A stretch of DNA of 64,000 nt, taken from assembly GCA_013239625.1 (NCBI GenBank), contig MU054212.1, forward strand, positions 9,782,898-9,846,897, given 5' to 3'. The stretch comes from Lama guanicoe (taxonomy: Eukaryota). The translations under genes and the position numbers were made by a program. The notes under the pieces were generated by a model, which was given only the letters and a program-made list of their open reading frames with translations, searched no databases and was not told the DNA's origin. This document shows, piece by piece, positions 48,830-62,437 of this stretch. Numbering within the stretch: position 1 is the first letter of the stretch; every line of letters begins with the position of its first letter.

Positions 48830-49062
48830 GCACAGTTGAAAGTAAGAGCTTTAGGGTAGATGAGTAGGTTTGAATTTCGACTCTGTCAGTGGCTAGCTGC
48901 ATGACCGTCATCAAATTATGTGCCTGCTCTGAGTCTCAGCGTCCTTACCCATTGTGTGGGGATGGGTGTAACCTACTTTCCAGTTTTGTCGTGGATTAAA
49001 TGAGATCAGACCTGTCGGATGCTTAGTGTAGCATCCGGGCCACAGGAAACACTCAATGGGTA
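48830..49062 (+). mobile_element. MIR SINE
   Basis: ggtttgaatttcgactctgtc...ctagctgcatgacc...gtggattaaatgagatca...actcaat. Confidence 0.7.
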
Positions 49063-49640
49063 GTCAGTATCACCAGACTCTTTGCCTCATTGTGACTATT
49101 ATTACCCTTCTGGGCATCAGTGGTCAGGTCCACATGAGTATCCTACCTTCCTAAGGCCTTGCCAGTTTATCCTGTATGTGGCCACCTACCTCATTGATGA
49201 GATAAACAAGTACGTGTGTTCCCCCGAGGCGCGGCTTCCCGTCTGGCTCCTGATATTCTCCTGCATCAAATCATGCCCACAGACTGGTCCAGGAGAAGTA
49301 GCAGGAAGTGATAAAGGTGCTGGCATTTCCCCGTAGGACTCACTAGGAAAACAAAATAAAACAAGACCTCTGTTCTCGGAGACTTCCTATAAGGGAGGGG
49401 AGGCACAGGCATTTATACAGATAATCACAGAGGAGTGATGCGGGTGGGAAAGAGGGGTGGATGCAGCGCTGTGGGAGCAGCCCAGGCTAGGTTTCATCTA
49501 AGTCAAGAAGGAGCAGGCATCCACCTGGCAGACAGAGAGAAGGGCACTGTGGTCAGCGGAAGGATTGGTGATCCAGGACATGGTGTGTTGGTGAATGTTG
49601 GGGAAACCCCCAGTAGCTCAGTAAAACCACTGTGCAGTTT

Positions 49641-50480
49641 CTCATCAAGAAGACAAGAGAGGAAAAGTGTTGGTGAGGGTGCAGAGAAAGGGAACCCTCG
49701 TACACTGTTGGTGGGAATGTCAGTTGGTGCAGCCACTATGGAAGACAATATTGAAGGTTCTTCAAGAAATTAATAATAGATCTACCACCTGATCTAGTGA
49801 TCCCACTTCTGGGTATATCCCCAGAGGAAATGAAAACAGGACATTGAAGAGTTATCTGCACCCCGTGTTTATTTCAGCGCTATTCACAACAGCCTAGATG
49901 TGGAAACAACATAAGCCATCAATGGATGAATGGATATGGTGATACATACATATATATATGAAGTATTATTGAGCCACGAGAAAGAAGGAAATCCTGCCAA
50001 TTGTGACAACATGGTTGGACCCTGAGGACATTAATGCTAAATGAGACAAGTCAGATAGAGAAAGATACTGTGTAATATCACTTATATGTAGAATCTAAAA
50101 AAGCCAAATTCGTAGGAAGTAAAATGTGGTTACTAAGGGCTATGGCATTGGGGAATAGGAGAGATGTTTAAGACACAAACTTGCAACAAGTGGACAAATG
50201 CATCCTGGAGCTCTAATGCCTCGTATAGTGCATATACACAAAATATTGTATTATGACCATCAAACTTGCTAAGAGGCTAGATCTTAATTATTCCCACCAC
50301 AGAAAAAGAAATGAGAATTAGGCGACGTGATAGAGGTGTTAACTGTTGCTACGATGGCCATCATATTACAGTGTACAAATATATCAGATCAACACGTACA
50401 CCTTATGTTTACACAATGTTACATGTCAAATGTATTTTAGTAAAAATTGAAATAAACTACATTAATCCTAAAAAAAAGCA
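49641..50480 (+). mobile_element. Older LINE-1 3' fragment (L1MA/L1MB-like)
   Basis: gagaaagggaaccctcgtacactgttggtgggaatgt...gcagccactatggaa...tcccacttctgggtatat are typical of the L1 ORF2 end, followed by a 3' UTR and an A-rich tail. Confidence 0.85.
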
Positions 50481-53129
50481 ACTGTGGAGTTTCTAATGAG
50501 GCCTTTAGTTATCAGTTATCCTGATAATGGAAAAACAGAGAGAAGGCGTGGGGGCAGGTGGACTGGGGAGACTTTTAATGGACCATCCAGGTGGTTCTCA
50601 GATCATTTCCAGATCAACACTGCTTTCTCATACCACTGGTCTTTACCGTCAAGCTATGTACTGTATTTCCTGGTATGAAACTAAAACGGAAAATGAAGAA
50701 CTTCTTTTATTTTACTAGACTTACATTAATGTCTTCATTTTAATTTTCTTCCAGCCCTCTTTTACTCTGCAGAGGGGTATTCAGTGTCAAAGGCTCCCTG
50801 GCTCCATCATCTCAGGGCATCACCTCCATCCAGCCCCCTCTTCTACCCTTGGCAGAGAGTGACAGGCAGCTGTTAAACAGGTGTCCCCAGTGAACCTGGG
50901 CAGCCTGTCCCCACCTACCTGAGGCTCTCTGATGGCCCAGGTGCTCCTAACTGGTGTCTCATCACTCGTGCTCCTGCAGGGGGAGGGTAGGAGCCACTCC
51001 AGCACAGCTGTCTGAAATGAGTTTGCAGAGTGTCAGGGAAGGCACTGTGTGAGCATCAGGCCCGCCCCCCCGGCTTTTAGAGCCACCCCAGTGACTGCAG
51101 GACGGACTGGATCTGCCCTGCGGCCATTTGCAACGGCCTTGTGTCTAATACCAGGACTTGCTGCCGTCTGGGTCTTTGATTCCCCATCTCGCCGGTGTTT
51201 CTTTTCATTTCTGCTAAATGGCAAAGGACCAAGGGGGAGTCACTGATGTTGTCTTCCCTGCCAAGTGAATGAACAGGTCAGTTTCTTCCTTGTGGCATTC
51301 AAGAGCCACGTGATCTGAACCTGCTGACCCTCCAGTGTCGTTTCTCTTTCCCAGTTCAAACCCTTTGCCTTGGTCAGGCAGGGTCCGACGTCTCATTTCC
51401 GACTGGATTCCTTTGAGCCTGTCGCTCTCGCCTCTGCCTGCGACGGCCCCCTGCACTCATCACGCACCCCATCCCAGTCTGCTCAATTTTTGAAGCTCAG
51501 GCTCAGGATCAAACTTCTTGTGAAGGCCCTCCTGGCTCTTGTGGCCTCACATCTTTTCAGAGATCTCACCTGGGAGCCCTGAGAGCATTTGAGGGCCGAG
51601 ACCTCAGATGGGAACCTCTCTGTTAATTCATGTCTGAAAATGAGTTCCTAGACGGCGCTATCAGCTTCCAAATGGTGAGTACTTTGTCCTGCTGTCTTCT
51701 CTGAGACGGTTGGGGCAGGACAGGCTGTAGTCGGCTTGCATGGCTTAGCAGTGGGCTGCCTGCATTTTTTTTGTTGTTGTTGTTGTTCTGTTGACTTTTT
51801 CTCATGTTCAAAATAGGCATTTTCGTTTGCAGAGATGAAGAAGAAATTCCAGCGTTTGAACTTGAGGGGCGCTGGATAGACATTTGCTAATGTTCTGACC
51901 TCCAGGCTGAAGGTATGAACCTTCTAGGCAGATCCCCGCCCACCCCTTCCTCGCAGTCTCTGATGGCTGCCTCCACCCTGGAATGTGTTTGGCAGAAGGT
52001 GAGGGACTCTTCCTTGTGTCTGACCACAGCCTCTGCCCTAGAGAGAGCAGTGTACAGCTAGGTTCTGAGGGTAGATGAGAAGCATCTAAGCAGATGACTC
52101 GGACCCTGCCTTTGGAAGCCTGTGATATGGCTTCTGTCCCGAGGACAGTGCTGGGGGCATAGGAGGTTTGGACAGGCAGGGAAAGGAGTGCCCTTTTAGA
52201 TGTGGGACAGGAGCCAAAGCTAAGTAAAGCCTGTTTCCTTTTGCCTCTAGCACAATTCCTTTATGATCTCTCCTCTCTGGACCTCTGTTTTCCCCTCTGT
52301 CAAATGGGCATAACCAAAGGCTCACTGGCCCACAGGATTGCAGGATGATGACTTGCATTGATATGAGGGGAAATATACTTTTGAGGATGAAGGCAGCCTC
52401 TGAGTGAGGGGTGAACACCCTCCTCGCCCTTTGCGTGAAGTTAGTGCCGCTTCACTCAGATTGAAATTCCATGTATCCCCAGCTTTATCATTCTCGCTCT
52501 CATAGATCGCCCAGGGAGTGGGTTGTACTCTTTTATAAAGCTTCTTTAAAAGAAAATCACAGGGTACATGTATGGCTAATGCATGGTTAAAATATACATT
52601 CATAGCCAGACCCATTCCCTGAGTGTGTGTGTGTTTGTGTGTGTGGCGTGTTGGGGAAAGTCACACCACGGTGGCTTCTCATGGCTGAGAAGGAACCTGA
52701 TGATGTTGTGATGCATCAGTCGGGAGGTCTGCTGCTCCCTAGTTCATCACTTTTAAAATCAGCTATAAAATAAGGCTGAACTTGGAGGGAGGTGCCCTCG
52801 AGGATCTGGAAGTCTAAACCAGGGCGAGGTTTAATTTGGGAAGTCGGTGTTTGTTCTTAAACATCACGTAGTGCTCAGGTAGGGCTGCCTTCCCCTGCTG
52901 CGGAACAAAAGGCTGTCCTCAGGCCGTGGCGGGTAGGAAGGGGACCCTGCAAAGGGGCCTGCATTTGAGATTGAGTCCATTTGGAATTGGATCAAGGATG
53001 TCTCTGGATAACGGAATTTAAGGCTCAGTCTTGCTTTTTCCTGTTTCACTGGGATTCTTCAGATCAGAGTATGAGCTTTGGAAACTTGACTGATTTTGAT
53101 GATTGATTGATTGATTCCAGATTAATTAG

Positions 53130-53500
53130 TTAAGTGCTCTGGCCTGCAGATAGACATAGTTTTAATTTGTTGCCATGATTTAAAATGTCAGAGACTTCAG
53201 AAGGTCTGGACCCATTAGGCCCTTGTTCCCGGGGCTGAGCAGCTTCTCTGTGGTTACAGCCCTCTGCCCAGCTGCCTTCTCACTTTAGGCCACCAGCCCG
53301 GGCCTCTGAGCACTTGTGTTTGCAGCCCTGCGGTGGTCAGAGGCACCAGTGGGTCTCTGTGGGCACGTTCATGTTGACAGGCTAGAGGTATTACGCGTAC
53401 TTCACACCCTTGTCTTAGCTGATCACAACCAACTCTCTGAACCCAAAGCTGCCAGTTGCTACCCATTGCCAGCTCCTACAGTCTCACCACTGTATTTCCA
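53130..53500. mobile_element. Possible MER102-like hAT element remnant
   Basis: ttgttgccatgatttaaaatgtcagagacttca...ctgga...ggccc...ggggctgagcagc resembles MER102; heavily diverged. Confidence 0.35.
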
Positions 53501-53508
53501 AGTATGGG

Positions 53509-53869
53509 TGTTCTGGACTGAATGTTTGTGTTCCTCCAGATTCATTTGTTGAATTCGAAACTCCCAATGTGATAATATGAGGAGGTGGGGCTTTGAGACG
53601 TGATTAGGTCATGAGGGTGGAGCCTTCATGAGTGGGATTAGTGCCCTTTGAAAGGGGCCCAGAGAGCTCCCTTGCCCCTCCTGCCATGTGAGGACACAGG
53701 GAGAAGGCAGGAGACTAGGAAGTAGAGAGCTGGCCCTCACCAGACACTGAATCTGCTGGCCCTTTGACCTTGAACCCTCAGCGTCCAGAAATATAAAAAA
53801 ATCAGTTTTAATTGTCTAAGTCACCTAGTTTACAGTATTTTGTTATAGCAGCTCAAACAGACTGAGACA
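53509..53869 (+). mobile_element. MaLR solo LTR (MLT1A-like)
   Basis: TG...CA termini (tgttctggactgaatgtttgtg ... actgagaca), internal gattaggtcatgagggtggagcc and gccatgtgaggacacag, near-TSD atggg/ctggg. Confidence 0.85.
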
Positions 53870-55021
53870 CTGGGTGTGACCTGGCAGCCAAGTGGGCTTG
53901 GGCAGGGGAGAGGGCAGGGCTGTACTTGGCTGGGTCAGGAAAACATTAACCAAGGGGATCAGCTTTAAAAGGTGGTTCAGGTGGTGGAGTTACAGATCAG
54001 TTCCAGGTTGGGGATCTGCAGGGACATAGGGAGAGCTTAGCAGAGTATTCCATATTTGAAACCCCATTTGGCTCTTCAGATATAAATTCTTTAGAAATTT
54101 TGCCCCTATAGGAAAGCTCCCCCCCTCCCCCAGGCATAAAAAAGTGGGAGAAATGAAAATACATGTAATCGTACTTTAAACATATTTTTCCAATAATATG
54201 GTCACTTTAAAAATTTATTAATGTAAACACTTATTAATTATAAATTGTTGATAATATATTCATAGAGATGTGAAAACATAGAACAAAGTAATATGCTTTC
54301 AGTAGAGAGTGAGGAGATATTTATTTAAAGAGCCACATCTCTTCTAGAACACAGCACATCCATTTTAGAGTCAGGGACCTAGACTGAGGGCCTCTTAAGG
54401 CCCCAAAGCTCCTTATTTTCCATCCGGTAAAATGGTTAAACAATCTTGTAGAACTCTGTTCTTCGGTTATGCTGTGTCTAGCTGTGCTCTAACTAACATC
54501 GCACGAAGAATTGCATTTTTCTCCCTCCTGACTTAGATTTAAATCTTGCAATCACTGCTGGGAAGTGAGCTGTATCATCTTGAGAAATCAGACCACAGAG
54601 ACGGGCCTGCTGCTGGCAGGCTGGGTCATCTTTAATCGCTTAACCCTTCGCATCAAAGGATGGGTTGTAGCAGCAGATTCCTCCTTGAGAATTTGCCATG
54701 GCAGATTCTCTCAAGGAAAAGCTGAAAATTAAAATGAGACAGAGTGTGTTCACAGGAACCTTGCCTTATAAATGGATATTCGTGTCTGTTCACATGACCA
54801 GTTTTATGTGTATCTCTGTGTCATTCTCTCTGTTGGGCATGTCCAGGTCTAGAGGCGTGTGTGGCTGTGATGTGTACATACGTGTGCCTTTATGTGAGAA
54901 TATGCAGTGAGTCTTCATGTGCATGTGTGGATGTAAGTGGGTGAGTGTGTGTGGGTACATGGTGTGTCCAAAGATAATTCTTCCCTGTCTTGTAAAATAA
55001 GATCCAGGGTATTTAAGGTTG

Positions 55022-55510
55022 ATATAGCAGATTGTTTAAAAAAGTGGCTACGGTAATTCCTTTCTTGTATTTGTACCCTTCTAAACTGACTCTGGGCTTG
55101 GCCATGCACTTGTCTTCAGCCAATGGGATATTACCAAATCTGACACAAACAGATCTGAGAAGCAATTGCACATTGAAATTGCCTTCTTCTGCTGTTCTTG
55201 GAACTCTCAACCAACACGATATCAATGAACAGGGCAAGCCTGCTGGAGACATGTGGCCCAGTGGCTCCTGCCACCCCAGCTGACAGCCACCGCCAACTGC
55301 CAGACACGTGAGTGAGGCCATTCCAGACCAAGCGGCCCTCATTCCACCTGTGAGCTCTATGCAGTGATCCAGGGAGACTGGCAGAAGAACCACCCTGCTG
55401 AGCCCAGCCCAGATTGCCCGCCCACAGAATTATGCATTAATATGAAGTAAGTGGGATTTCAAACCACTAAGTTTCTGAGTGGCTCATTACACAGAAAGAG
55501 CTAACTCACG
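55022..55510 (+). mobile_element. MaLR solo LTR (older MLT1F/G/H-like)
   Basis: Motifs ccaactgccagacacgtgagtgaggcc, gctgagcccagcccagattgc, aaaccactaagttt typical of MLT1 LTRs. Confidence 0.7.
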
Positions 55511-56220
55511 GATCTAGCTGGTAATAGAGGGAAAATCTCTCCACTGGGGGAAGAGGTGTTTGGTGAGAACTTGTGGGCACAAATCATGCGGATACATGTT
55601 ATTCCATGTTTAAACATTCTTGACAATCTTGTTCTCACTTCGTGAATTTAAAAACATAAAAATTAGCTCTTATTGGAGGACCTACCATTAATTCTCACCC
55701 AGAAATGTGTGCTGGAGAGTCAGGTACGGGTACAGGGTGGTGGTGCTGGCATGCTCCAACAACACTTTACTGAGTCTTGGAAAGAAAGCCAAAGAGCAAC
55801 AGGCCCAGTGAGGATGCTGATCTACAGAATCTGCATGGCGGCTGTGACCTGCTCTCTGGGAGTGAGAGGATCCATCTCATCCCGCCTCCCAGCCTGTCTC
55901 CACGGGCTGGGCATCACTTCAGCATCTATTACCCAGGAGCTCACCCCAGGCATCTTGACTCCTTGAAGAACAGTGCCTATAAAATGAGGCTCAGAGAGAA
56001 ACAAGATTGTCTTCCCTGCCTGAGGCTTGCCTTTCGGGAGCCTGCCACCTCTTTGGATAATTGACTCTAGGGATGACTGTCCCTCTCAAGGGAGACCGTG
56101 TGTACTTGCAGGGACAAGACCTTTACCCTGCAGACCACAACGGGGTATCAGAATATCATGACCAGCCAATTCTAGATGGCTCTACTTATATGTAGAAACC
56201 GAGCTTGGGTGAGAAAATTC

Positions 56221-56253
<33 letters not shown>
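56221..56253. repeat. (TG)n microsatellite
   Basis: Direct reading. Confidence 0.95.
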
Positions 56254-56789
56254 CTATAAATGCAAGAATATTGGCTCAGAAGTCAGGGCACATGACTTTT
56301 GCATTCCCAGCCCCAGTCCTACTTTACAAGAAATTCCTATTTGGTGTGATTTGAGGGAATTTAGGGCAGAATCGAATCTGCTATTTGTATCAGTACTTTG
56401 GGTCTGAAAGATATTTTATTTCTAAGAATCCTTTCTCAAAACACAGGAATACTCACAAACAACTTTGTTATTGGTAAACACCTAAATAGGAAATAGCAGA
56501 GGTAAGGCAGGAAGTGGATGCTTCAGAGCTCTTAGGGAACTCTGATGGATGTGTGGACACCAATACTTATTAACTTTCATTCTTCAGGTTTTCTCCAAGC
56601 CTAGACCTGCCCAGCCTCCTGTAGATAAACACATCTCACACACTGCCCAAAAGCATATGAGATATCAATTAGGTCAAAAGCTCAATAGGACTTACCTCTT
56701 TTTTTTTTTATTGCTAGATTTAAGGACATTATGCATTGGAGAGGAAAAAGAATTGGACTAATTAGATTGTCATTAATATAGAAGAAACT

Positions 56790-56985
56790 GGCTTTATTGA
56801 GTGCCAGCTATCGCCAAGCTCTGTACAAAGCCCTTTACTCACTGGTGTGTATTATTGTGTATTAATGCTCCAGTTTTCCACATAAGGAAACTGAGATCCT
56901 TAACTGGAAAGTTCAAGTGTCTCATTGATGGCTGCTGGTAAGCTCCAGAACTAAAACTCGAATACAGCAGGCTTGTCTGATGTTA
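56790..56985 (-). mobile_element. MIR SINE (decayed)
   Basis: tttattgagtgccagcta...ttttccacataaggaaactgaga. Confidence 0.55.
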
Positions 56986-56994
56986 CAGCACTAT

Positions 56995-58260
56995 TTTTAT
57001 TATTTAAAGTTACTATGAAATATTTCAATTACACAGAAAGCTTCAGAGAACAAAAAACAAACACCCATGTGCCCATCACCCAATTTTATTAGACTTTAAT
57101 ATTCTGCTGCACTCGCTTTCAATTTCATGGTATTTTTTTTTAAGGTGGTCGATTTGAATTTTAAAAATTTGTAGAAATTCGTTGTGGGGTCTGGGCATTC
57201 ATTCTACAAATTGCAACTATCTTCACTTTATTTATGGTAGCATTTAACAAGCAGACATTTTCTTTTATTTAAATTTAATAAAGTGTTTGTGGTTAAGTTT
57301 TTATTCTTTCCAGGATTGTTTTTTGTGGTTAGTGATTTGTGGGTCTTAATTTTGAAATATTTTCCTTCTTATCATTAAGAAATCCCCTTCTTTTCAATTT
57401 TTTCAGAGAGGTTTCTCCAACTTAGTTATCACAACGAACTGGAATTTAATGTTTGTGACTGGCAGGAGGTAGAGATTTAGTTTCATCCTTCCCCAATGGA
57501 GAGTGGCTTACCCCAGGATGTGAACAAGAGTCCAAACTTCACTCTGGTTAATAAGCTACTTCTGTGCCACAGGAAGGCTGCCTCCAAGCTCTGTTCTGTC
57601 TCATCATCTTGTTGTCTGTTGCTTTATTATAAAATGTGATGTGCGCAGGGCACATTTCTTTGTGTTATTACTCCACTTTGTCCTCAGATAACTTTGGCCT
57701 CTTACTCGTGTATTTTAGGATCAGCTTGTGTCTCTCCAACAGCCCTGTCAGAATGTGGACATATATTAATCTGGAGGTGATGTTTCACCTTTATGCAATC
57801 GAGTCTTCTCGACCTTGCAAATGATGTATCTTTTTGTTTACTTGCTTCCTTTATAATTTTCGGTAACATTTTGAAACCTTTCTCTGTAAAATTCTTACCT
57901 AGATTTTTAAGTTTTCTTCTTAGGAACTTTACGGTTTTTCTTGCTATTGTAAATGAGACAGTTTTTTCCTACTGGTTCTTCAAATTGCTGTAGAGAAACT
58001 GTGCGTGTGTGAGTCAGACACAGCTCATTATGCATTTCCTTGATGTTAACTCCAACGTTTGTTGGCCATACGTGTTTAGTCTTCTGCGAGATGGTTCTTC
58101 CTGTCTTCTGTCCCTTTCTTTCTATCATCTTGTTTGCTCTTTTCTTGCGGATTTAGAGTAGTTCTTTGTATATTCTCAATACTAATCCTTTGTTGGTGAT
58201 ATGTGTTGCAATATATATATTTTTTCCAATTTATACTTTATCTTTTCCTCTATTTGTGTG
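56995..58260 (-). mobile_element. Highly decayed ancient LINE-1 (L1M/L1ME-like) fragments
   Basis: T-rich sequence with L1-like motifs (gttctttgtatattctcaatactaatcctttgttgg; acacccatgtgcccatcacccaa). Confidence 0.5.
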
Positions 58261-59344
58261 TGTAAGATCACATTTTGGTAACTTCTTTCCCTCTTTGGAC
58301 ACCTTCCCTATTTAACACCCTTAGCCATCTCCTGAATAAAACCAACACTTGACATAGTCTTGTGTTATATTTCTTAATGTATCTGCATTTTGGTTCCCAT
58401 GATTTCAAGGAATCATCTGTTAAATGTGTATTAGTGTCCCAGTGTTGGACAAATATCCTCACAGTATTTAGCTAAATTTGAATGGAGGAGGGTTCTGAGG
58501 CCTAGGATTGTGACTTGGAAGAAATATTTCTGCACAGAGAAGCCACCATCCCTTCGCTCTCACCTGTCTACACCCACCGCACCACGGGCAGCTGAAATAC
58601 GTCCAGGACTCACATCTCATAGAACTCTTCTGAAATACAATTCCCCAGGAAGCTTTCATTTTTCTCCAAGTAGTAAAACTCCCACTTCCTGAGAGTTAGG
58701 AAGATAGGTTTTGTTGTCATAACGCTCTCTCTATGTGCTGCGTTGCAATCAGAGTTTTCTCCACTCAGGGGCTCCATCACTGAGTGGCACATTACGGCAA
58801 ACGCATATCCGTTTGCCTCTATTATTGTCATAATCGAAAGGCGGGGCTACACTGAAATATTTGCTTCATGTCTGCATATCTGTTATCCGAAGGGCCTTTT
58901 TACCTAAATGGTGTGCTTTCTGTAATGTCTTCGGTTAATGAATGGGTCTGTGAGGGCCTCAGAGCGGTGCAATGTGGGAAGAACGCTATAATTTCTTTTT
59001 AACATGCAGGAATTCTGAATACGAGAAAATGCATGCCAAATTTTATTGCTTCTAAATCTGAATAATTGTATTTCTGGGCTGTGCATCTGGGTAGATAATA
59101 AAGCCACAAAACAATTTAATGAAACATATAAAAAATAAAATGACATTACTAAATATTATAATCCAAAGAAACTATTTTTTGCATATTGTCACCTAATCTT
59201 TCAACCACATAGCAACAAATAATGCAACCATAATTGAAAGTTTTATTATCCATCTGAGTAAATTGAGCTCAAATTTACCTTGTTCTCGTTAGTTGGTGGG
59301 CAAGCCTATTGGGGTTACTGACAGGGGTGCATTTTCGTGGTGGG

Positions 59345-59375
<31 letters not shown>

Positions 59376-59380
59376 TTTTT
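59345..59380. repeat. (TTTA)n microsatellite
   Basis: Direct reading. Confidence 0.9.
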
Positions 59381-60739
59381 GCTCCTTTTCTATGGAATCT
59401 AAAGTGGTCAGTAAATAGCCCTGCCGCTTAATCGATTCGGAACCCGGCTCTTTAGAAAGCCACTCCTCGGGCCTGTGACCCATGCTGGCAGCCAGCCCTG
59501 TGTCTGTTGAGTTTCAGAAACTGGCTCCACACATCATGAGCCTTCCTGGTCCTAAAGCCCCACAGATACACCAAGGATCCAGTGTCTTCACTCCCTGCTG
59601 CGATGCTCCGCCTGCTCCGGAAGGAATTTGATCGGATTTCTGGAGTGGAGACTGGGAGTATGTTGACTAGTGCTGACCTACTGAAGAGATGATCTGTCAT
59701 GCCCTTTAGTGAAAGGTCCATGAGCCGCCTCCATGATGCAGGATCGGGTGGGGGGGCTGTGCCTTTGGAAGAAAACCACTGGCGTTTCCCATCTTGAGCC
59801 CCACGTGTTAGCCCGCACCGCTGGAACTGAGGCCCCCGAGTTCTCAGAGCAGGCCACAGGGTGTGCGGGATGCCAAGTCTCGGGAAAAGATGGCGCATCT
59901 TTGCGGGAAAAGCTCTCCTGATTTTAGCAAGTAATTTTTGGCTCTGTTTATTTTAAAATGTTCTGCCATTTTCTGTTGGCACACCAAGATGGAAATGGGT
60001 ACGATAAGGAGCAATATTTACCTGGAAATTGATTAGGGTGGTAAAGAGCAGACTGGAAACCAGTATCATGGCAGCGCCTCCAACAGAGGCTGCCAAGTGC
60101 TTGGGGCTCGGGTACAAATCACAAAAGGGATAGGAGCCCCGCCCTGTGTTCCAGGGTTAAGGAGGGACCTTGGCAGGGAGAGCAGTGAGCCCTTCCCAAA
60201 CTTTTCCATCTCAGTCATCACATGGAGTTAGGACCAGAGCCTCAAGAAGGAAATGGATGGAATCCGATGTAATACTGTTGTGTGCTGGCTTGGTGCTGGC
60301 CCTCGACTGGCTGTCTCTTTGTTTCTTCTCAGTAACACCCGAAGGCACCCGCCCCACGTGGCAGATGAGCAGCTGAAGGGTTGCAGACTTGATCTACTTC
60401 ACGGTGATTGGCACTTGTGGAAAGTTTCAGCGACTATGTAACACATTATAAGTACACTTAGGGACTTAATCATCAGTTTGGGGCTGGAGGCAATTTCTAC
60501 TTTTTGAAGTATAGTGGAGGTAGGTAACTTTTAAAAAACGTGCTTTTGAGACTAGAGAAAACTGTGAAATTCTAATTCCAAAGACTTCTATCTCCTTATC
60601 ATTAATATTTTAAACGTCGGGAAAGGATGTCTTCTGCTCCCCTGCTGTGTGCACCACGCTCCGCTCAGCTCTTCGAGACCAGGGGAGAGCAGCTGGGGTC
60701 AACACAGCCTTGCAGACCTGATGGCGGACATGCTTTCCC

Positions 60740-60872
60740 ACGAGGGTGTCAGCTCTGGAACTGCTGGGGTTTTGTTTTGTTCACAGCTGTACCCTTAGAG
60801 CCCCAAAGAGTGCCCGGTGCAAAGTAGATACTCAGTAAATACTTGTTGAATGAATGAATCAATACATGAATG
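60740..60872 (+). mobile_element. LINE-2 3' tail fragment
   Basis: ttgttcacagctgtaccc...tagatactcagtaaatacttgttgaatgaatgaat. Confidence 0.7.
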
Positions 60873-62288
60873 TTCACTCACAAGAGACAGTTAAAAACTG
60901 TGCAAAATACTGTGCAATCCAGATCCAGGATATATTCGCTTGAGAATTACGCCAAGGGCCGTCCAAAATGAAAATGACAGTACCACGGCCGTGGACCTGG
61001 AGTTGAGTGTTGAAGGTTGGACAAGTGACTAGGAATGGGAGTGCTCGTTCTGGATGTGGGAGAGGCTGAGCTAAGTGTAGGGTGTGGGGAGGATGCTGAG
61101 GACAGATGAACAGACTGAGGCTTCAGGAGAGGAAGGGACCTACCCAGGAGGTGGTGCTCCGGTAATAAGTGGATTTAAACCCAGGCAGTCTAACTCCGGA
61201 GCTCAGTCTACATTTCTTGGATAAAACTAGAAGATGGCTGGGAGGAAGGAGGCTGTGAGGATCTGCCTCAATGGCAGGGAGGAGCTGTGAGGTGCTGTGT
61301 CCTCTGATTTACACATATTTCCTGCCCATGGATGTCTTCTCCACTCAAGAAGTGAGGACAATATACCTGGCCAATTCCAAGCGGGTGAGTGTTAATGAAC
61401 CACTCGGGAATTCCTCGGTGAAAAGTAAAGTACAAAGGCAGAGCATTTCTGTCCCCGCAAATGGTGCAAATAAAGAGCATTTCAAAGAATATTTTTATAC
61501 AACTTGATTTTTGCGTAGAGAATTCAGACAGACTGCTTTTGCAGACTTAAATAATCCCAGGATAAAAGGTACCATATAAATGCAAAGTATTATTATTATG
61601 ATCCAGTGGTAGAAAAGAAGGACATTTCAAAGAATGTTTCAGTAGAATACAATTTTATTTTGTTTTGTACAGAGAGTTCAAGGGAAAAAGCTTTATTTTA
61701 TAGACTTAAAGAATATTGTTATGGGGCTACAGTAAAATAAATAATACAGATATGGTGTTAAAATAAATAATACAGTTAGGAGGCTTAAATAAATAATGGT
61801 GGAGAGAGAAGAGAAATTAAGCGTCCTGAGAAAAGGCAGGGGGAGGTGCAATTTAGAATTATAAGTGGCAGAGAATTGAGGTCCAAAAGTCCTAAAATAT
61901 TCAGGATGCTTCTACACTGACCAAAAAGACAGCGTTGGACAGTTCACAGTCATGGGGTTGATCTGACAGTGTTTTTATTTTTTAGTAATAGACTTTCCCC
62001 ACTGTTTCAATGAAGGCAGTATTCAAACTTTTGGCTGAAAATTTAAAAGTAATTATATTTAGCATTTTATGACGTTTACACAAAATGACGTCCCACCCCT
62101 CCATCCCTAATCCTTGTTCCTTAATCCTTCGTCCAGTTATGGGGAAAAAATGACCTCATTTTCTATAAAACTCAGAGCTGCTTCCTTGAAAAAGCCTGCC
62201 CCATCCTGTACCCCTGAGAACACGCCCATCCCCTCAGTGGATGTGGCTCCTGTCTGTATGTTGAGGTTCTGACGTTTCTTTAGGGTCT

Positions 62289-62437
62289 GTTTGCTTGTTT
62301 GGTTTTTTTTGGGAGGGGGGAGTAATTAGGTTTATTTATTTATTATTATTATTTTTAATGGAGGTACTGTACTGGGGATTGAACCCAGGACCTCGTGCAT
62401 GCTGACCACACACTTTACCAGTGAGCTATACCCTCCC
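62289..62437 (-). mobile_element. tRNA-derived SINE (camelid Vic-1-like)
   Basis: ggggattgaacccaggacctcgtgcatgct...gtgagctataccctccc; degenerate TSD tcttt(c)agggtct on both sides. Confidence 0.85.
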
